This document shows positions 60,501-64,000 of a stretch of 64,000 nucleotides of DNA, in pieces. The first letter of the stretch is position 1. Each line of letters begins with the position of its first letter. The notes under the pieces were generated by a model, which made no database searches, had not been told where the DNA came from, and saw nothing but the letters and a program-made list of their open reading frames with translations. Both the position numbers and the translations under genes were made by a program. Source of the stretch: Candidatus Ozemobacteraceae bacterium (GTDB lineage: Bacteria; Muiribacteriota; Ozemobacteria; Ozemobacterales; Ozemobacteraceae); NCBI GenBank assembly GCA_965140445.1, contig OZ223236.1, positions 2,208,001-2,272,000 of the forward strand. The letters run 5' to 3'.

Positions 60501-61577
60501 ACAATTAATATTCACGGAAGGTATTTTTATACATTGGCCAGTGGTGGTCTAATGCCATGCGGAACGGAAAAAACTCACTCAACTATATGGAATTATTACA
60601 AGAGTAACGCTTTTTCGAATCCACAGATTAACAAAGATCCGTATAAGCTGTTTGCAACGAATTTAACCAAAACAACTTTCGAAGGTACTGCATGGTTGTC
60701 TACTGCAAATAAGAAAAAGTTCAATCCATCTTTTTCTTATAGAAAATATTCAATCAAAGTTGCGGATATAAATCATTATTCAATTCCTGATCCAGCGAAG
60801 CCTACCACTTATTCTGGGGAAATGGCTTATAACTACGCCAATAACCAGTCTGGATATAAAAATCTCGAATTTGGTTTGTTCTGGATGGAACCAAACGGAA
60901 TGAAGTGGAGCACTGGAAGCTTCTGTAAAGGCGGAGAGCTTGTTGTCAGAGATAACGATAGACCTAACATCTTTGTTAAGATGGTCGACACTAAATACGA
61001 TGATAGAGAATATGTTGGGCCTGGAAAATTGAATCCATCTGCCTGGGGAGCATGGAAGAATCTTGCTCTAAAAACTGGAAAAAGTGAAAACAGGGGCGGA
61101 GTTGAAAGCTGGACCACAGATGTAATCAGCGGAATATACAAAACAATGAATCCTGCTTTTTCATATGTTTACTCTGCAAATGCAACTAACAAGTTTGCTC
61201 AGACCGGTGACACTGACAAACTGTTGATTGAACCAGGTCTGGAAGTTGATGTCCCTGCTTTCTTTAATGCAATTGTCTTCGACAATACTACTGGAAATCC
61301 TGCAATCAAGGAATTTTCTATTCGCGCAAAAGATGCTTTAGCCGGTAGCGAGAGTGTCTTTAAAACCGATGATAAAATAAAGTATCTGTTCCGTGATCCA
61401 GGAGAATACAGAGTAAAATTAGTTGTGGAAGACAATGCATTAGGTTGGCCAGCAGACTATCTGAAGCCAACGATTGCTTCTAGTGAAGTTAACAAAAGAA
61501 TACTTGAGCTAATTTTAAAAGTATACGCAACTAAACTTGATGTTAGAATACTTGAAAGAAAACGTGAAGGTATGTAA
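57498..61577 (+). CDS. Large secreted adhesin-like protein 2
   Basis: Signal peptide, 1359 aa, colinear paralogue of 48669; PKD-like C-terminal YLFRDPGEYRVKLVVED. Confidence 0.75.
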   Translation: MEIRRFYLKIILLALFLATPLFCGADLHPFFKQNGDCYLLVGEGPHRGVYALNNLTTGVSKKLYDPMDAYGLTAAQNYAGSVIQKWLYTFSGTNTGWENFTGMAERRVVANATWNTYAANVVPPFIVHRWHGSPFNSPTGRGNHPQSTLNWKFGGFDYPCSQVPAAVSGKPGYYKVQMGKFYHAMDRPVKSPYAYGGYYGPGYWVHWVVRENSLVKYRDLKLYEYNVTSKSGPIAKSSLPRVKIEEKLTLDKRGECVDGCISQSDGEVLPGGMTPYLDTAYASSISKSYLYSREPNKTDYTLHGYISGKDILIGNPSDLTTKFIGVSSTKYSNSSYLYCLGKSVVNKWMTDAAAPPGMLVTDISDLAVSDQWWQTGGIVYAYDKTKRKVYKFVRREGFVSGVPEEISVNDDGIAPDSIGVDGFGHLYLVKTSFEPLKAVDFKPKDAYLVEVNPKWPGMFRAYFKQNVYKSVYKRDYYTKNISQIPGKLLLGSNKFYRDFSATVQSDYSTWKWLAAAVQYGPVVQTEYKTELAVINSATPPEVTNTDAVCDVVGPMKISGTSVIYEAKPEYAEDEFYVFDVENSPDFDVNGVNTGNYGDDVDGDLRIGRFPSTTHEPSVLYYWKIIQLKDRFGNEVFNEVMNQEKDGTPGDYRLVKSFPGGEYKVGVKTKYKYYDYNLLKPGDMSDKKDTVLTGYKIATGEDTDGYSWVSFKVKYYPPPADPKGEGVIMTGKPKTASTYDYRPTSSHAQYHNYSWTDPTPTKPVYPKFVIKEGVSNWSFKIRESLTNLQAGIDRIANMKLAIPPHPNPGDPKIVPGSIKWIGDSPSYSYTSDIKWINGEGMNVRIDTNREYITAGEIAKLFRVPSQPQTYKLTVKGSRAYEYKQFIYDFKKNEWKDINIPKVISIEATAYVYVTDETGPAIKFNNPYYDATSPKPGIEAESPAFFCSTGVLWGTTGEHLTKTDGKTNPATIEFIVADNNPNAFAPTGTYKDQFFNENVMSHNTINIHGRYFYTLASGGLMPCGTEKTHSTIWNYYKSNAFSNPQINKDPYKLFATNLTKTTFEGTAWLSTANKKKFNPSFSYRKYSIKVADINHYSIPDPAKPTTYSGEMAYNYANNQSGYKNLEFGLFWMEPNGMKWSTGSFCKGGELVVRDNDRPNIFVKMVDTKYDDREYVGPGKLNPSAWGAWKNLALKTGKSENRGGVESWTTDVISGIYKTMNPAFSYVYSANATNKFAQTGDTDKLLIEPGLEVDVPAFFNAIVFDNTTGNPAIKEFSIRAKDALAGSESVFKTDDKIKYLFRDPGEYRVKLVVEDNALGWPADYLKPTIASSEVNKRILELILKVYATKLDVRILERKREGM

Positions 61578-61592
61578 TTGCAAGGTATAAAT

Positions 61593-62168
61593 ATGAGAAA
61601 AAGGAAATCAGGTCTGTCTCTGGTAGAAATAATGATGGCATTCGCTATTCTTGTGATGTCAACTTTGTCTATCTCAGGCTTGATTAGTTTCGGACACCGA
61701 GGTACCCAGAAAGACTTCAGAAATGTATTGGCGATTCAGCTTCTTGAAGAGAGGCTGAATCGCCTTTTGTCCGTTCCATATCTAAAGATTGATCTTGAGG
61801 CTATGGGTGGAGCGACAACCAAAGTCATTGATAAAAAGGTTTTTGATGGAACTACTTACGAGATGGAATTTGGGAATGTAAAGGTTGATAAAGCCACTTA
61901 CAACGTGGTTGCTAACCTTGCAAAGATCCCGGTTACACTAGGGGTAAGACCTTTTGAGATCACAGATGACTACACCTATGCAGATGTTGAATCGTATCGA
62001 TTTGGAGCGGATGTTGATACCAATTTGGCTCGTTTTGACGGATCTCATCCTACTAAGCATCCTTATCGAGTTATAAAAGTCCATGTTCAGGTAACTTGGA
62101 TTGAGCCGGTGGTAAATGTTCGTAGAAGAGTTGATGCAGTAAGTTTTATTGTGGACCTGGAGGGATGA
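61593..62168 (+). CDS. Minor pilin / pseudopilin (PilV/GspI-like), copy 2
   Basis: RKSG|LSLVEIM; GH..TQKD.R shared with 53477; VHVQVTW. Confidence 0.85.
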   Translation: MRKRKSGLSLVEIMMAFAILVMSTLSISGLISFGHRGTQKDFRNVLAIQLLEERLNRLLSVPYLKIDLEAMGGATTKVIDKKVFDGTTYEMEFGNVKVDKATYNVVANLAKIPVTLGVRPFEITDDYTYADVESYRFGADVDTNLARFDGSHPTKHPYRVIKVHVQVTWIEPVVNVRRRVDAVSFIVDLEG

Positions 62169-62680
62169 TGATACAGAATAACAGAAAAGGTATAGCTATC
62201 GTCATCGTTCTGGCATTGTCTAGTTTTCTTTTGATTCTTGGCCTGGCATATGTAAAAAACGTAACGACAATTTCTACTACCAACCCAAAGAGGCTGAAAC
62301 AGATTCAATCTGATTTCTTTGCCCAAGGTATTCAGAAAATAGCACTTCTTAAATTTAAGGCTTTGCCAGCTGATTTTTACCACGCATATCGTTATAAGGT
62401 TGAAGATGAGAAGTTGCCTAGAAGCTTAACTTTACCCGTCCTCATGCCAAAACCATTTTCTGATTTTTTAGGACCCGCAAATTCAATTTTACAAGGAGAT
62501 TTAAGCTTAGCTACCCCTTCTCCAATTCTTAATTATACAACTGAATATAGGGTTAGTTCGTCTAAAAAATTTGATAGAGATATGGTTGAGGTGTTAGTAA
62601 ATGTTCAAATGGAAGATTTTACCCAGAGCTACAATATCACCATAGATGCAAGTCGCTCGCTTATTTTGCCTGCTCCATAA
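62165..62680 (+). CDS. Minor pilin lacking E5 (PilX/GspK-like), copy 2
   Basis: NRKG|IAIVIVL; QSDFFAQGI..IALLKFK.LP.DFY shared with 54046. Confidence 0.8.
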   Translation: MMIQNNRKGIAIVIVLALSSFLLILGLAYVKNVTTISTTNPKRLKQIQSDFFAQGIQKIALLKFKALPADFYHAYRYKVEDEKLPRSLTLPVLMPKPFSDFLGPANSILQGDLSLATPSPILNYTTEYRVSSSKKFDRDMVEVLVNVQMEDFTQSYNITIDASRSLILPAP

Positions 62681-62685
62681 AAAAG

Positions 62686-63450
62686 ATGATTAAAACTATG
62701 AAAAGAAAAAACGGTGTCACATTAGTTGAGATTTTGGTCGCAACTGGCGTATTAGCAATGTTCATGACTTCTATTTTTTATACTTTTAGAAGTGGGAGTG
62801 AATCTTTTAGTTCTGGAACATGGAGAGTCCAAAGTCAGAAAAAACTCCAAATGTTTTTAACTCGCCTGCGAGACTATCTTGAGAAAGCTAATTATGCTAA
62901 TGAAATTGCTCCTAATGGTGTTAATGATCCTGAAGAACTGCCTATTTATCTAAGTAGTCTGGCTTTCGACACCAATAATGATGGCAAAGACGTTATGTTT
63001 AAGTGTAGAGGGAAGAATCTTGATCTTCTGTTTTGTGCGGTTACCGAACCTTATCGGGCAGCTCAAGCTGATTTTGGAGTTCTTGAGAAGAATGGTTCAT
63101 GGCTTGGAGTAGGCGTTCTTTGCCGGAATGATCAACTAATCCTAAAAGCCAATGGAAACTGGGACACTTTTGCTGCGGATTGTTCTCCTCCTGCAGAAAT
63201 TAGACCTGCCAATCTTGCAAGATTTCCTGGAAGAGTTGGGATGAATAATATTCTTAGATTAGATGATATTGAATCTATCCATTTTTCACGTCCAACTTCT
63301 GGAGTTGCTATTGCCGATAAGGTATCATCTTCATTAAAAGTTAAAATAACTTTGCGAAGGTATAGAGGCGGCAAGCCTACGGAATCCTTTGTAACCGAGG
63401 AAATAGGAATCAGATTAATAGAAAGAAATCATACGGTGAACACTTTCTAA
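62686..63450 (+). CDS. Minor pilin / pseudopilin (PilW/GspJ-like), copy 2
   Basis: RKNG|VTLVEILVA; QK.LQ.FL..L...LEKAN shared with 54501. Confidence 0.85.
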   Translation: MIKTMKRKNGVTLVEILVATGVLAMFMTSIFYTFRSGSESFSSGTWRVQSQKKLQMFLTRLRDYLEKANYANEIAPNGVNDPEELPIYLSSLAFDTNNDGKDVMFKCRGKNLDLLFCAVTEPYRAAQADFGVLEKNGSWLGVGVLCRNDQLILKANGNWDTFAADCSPPAEIRPANLARFPGRVGMNNILRLDDIESIHFSRPTSGVAIADKVSSSLKVKITLRRYRGGKPTESFVTEEIGIRLIERNHTVNTF

Positions 63451-64000
63451 TGAAAAAGCTTTTAATAATATGCTGTCTGGTTTTACTTTTTGGATCAACC
63501 AACTCATTAATTGCTTGTGATGATTACTATCTACAGTGGTCAAAGTTAAAAGAATTCCCAACTGAAAAAGCAGAAGGGGGATTTCTCGCAATTTCAGATG
63601 CAGTTTTAAGATTAAAGAATCATCTTTTTTCTGCCAAGGTTTTTAAATGGAATGGTCCCAAAAAACTTGTTCTAGGTTTTGTGGGGTGGGGTGAAAATGA
63701 AAAGAAGGCTACATCTGAACAGATATTAGATGTTAAGTCTGCGTTGTCAGAAATTTTTCACGATGGAAGGCTGGATTTTACCAATTCAAAAGAAATTGAA
63801 AAACCAGACTATGACAAACTTGGAAGCCTTTTGCCGAAAGAATCAAATGATCTCGCTCTTTCTGTAATTGTAAAAAAATATGATTTTCAATGGAAAAGTT
63901 TTTTAACTAATGATTTTTGCAGTTTTTTCAAGCTTAGATCTTATCTTTCAGAGAATGCCAGCGTCGAATTCAAATTAGTAGATTCTTCCGGAAAGCTTGT
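63450..64000 (+). CDS. Hypothetical secreted protein ('ACD' family, copy 2; 3' partial, missing from the ORF track)
   Basis: TAATG overlap; MKKLLIICCLVLLFGSTNSLIACDDYYLQWSKLK... open to the window end. Confidence 0.7.
   Translation, partial: MKKLLIICCLVLLFGSTNSLIACDDYYLQWSKLKEFPTEKAEGGFLAISDAVLRLKNHLFSAKVFKWNGPKKLVLGFVGWGENEKKATSEQILDVKSALSEIFHDGRLDFTNSKEIEKPDYDKLGSLLPKESNDLALSVIVKKYDFQWKSFLTNDFCSFFKLRSYLSENASVEFKLVDSSGKL

Noticed and set aside
48669..61577. Direct PilY1 call, or DGR target, for the giant proteins
   Set aside because: No recognisable vWA domain or C-terminal PilC propeller motifs; no reverse transcriptase or near-identical TR/VR pair seen.
243..63374. The many 60-150-aa ORFs overlapping or antisense to the called genes
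   Set aside because: Shadow ORFs with no recognisable motifs inside well-supported CDSs.

Overview
AT-rich bacterial chromosomal window, probably from a poorly characterised diderm anaerobe (lineage not determinable from sequence alone). Left end: a 5'-truncated PAS hybrid histidine kinase and a leftward fdrA / small fdrA-domain / DUF1116 (YlbE) / cyclase operon. About 6.9-41.9 kb is a patchwork accessory region. It holds an OXA-48-like class D beta-lactamase and a Gabija-type OLD nuclease + UvrD pair that looks like an integron gene cassette (downstream attC-like site, 13-bp inverted junction match). It also holds a HEPN + Zn-finger gene, a dead toxin with an intact antitoxin, an AlgI/SGNH O-acetylation pair, hydrolases, GNATs, a tandem-TerB/TPR protein, treY-treZ-treS and REP-like hairpins. 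At 42-46.7 kb, a rightward three-subunit xanthine-dehydrogenase-family operon plus DUF2877 (YlbF) appears to be the other half of the fdrA locus. From 46.9 kb to the end are two diverged tandem copies of a seven-gene surface module: two Skp/OmpH-like proteins, a ~1370-aa secreted adhesin-like protein, three minor pilins/pseudopilins and a small secreted protein. This module is the best candidate for an undescribed system. No rRNA, tRNA, CRISPR array, integrase or transposase was recognised. All family calls are from motif recognition, not database searches.
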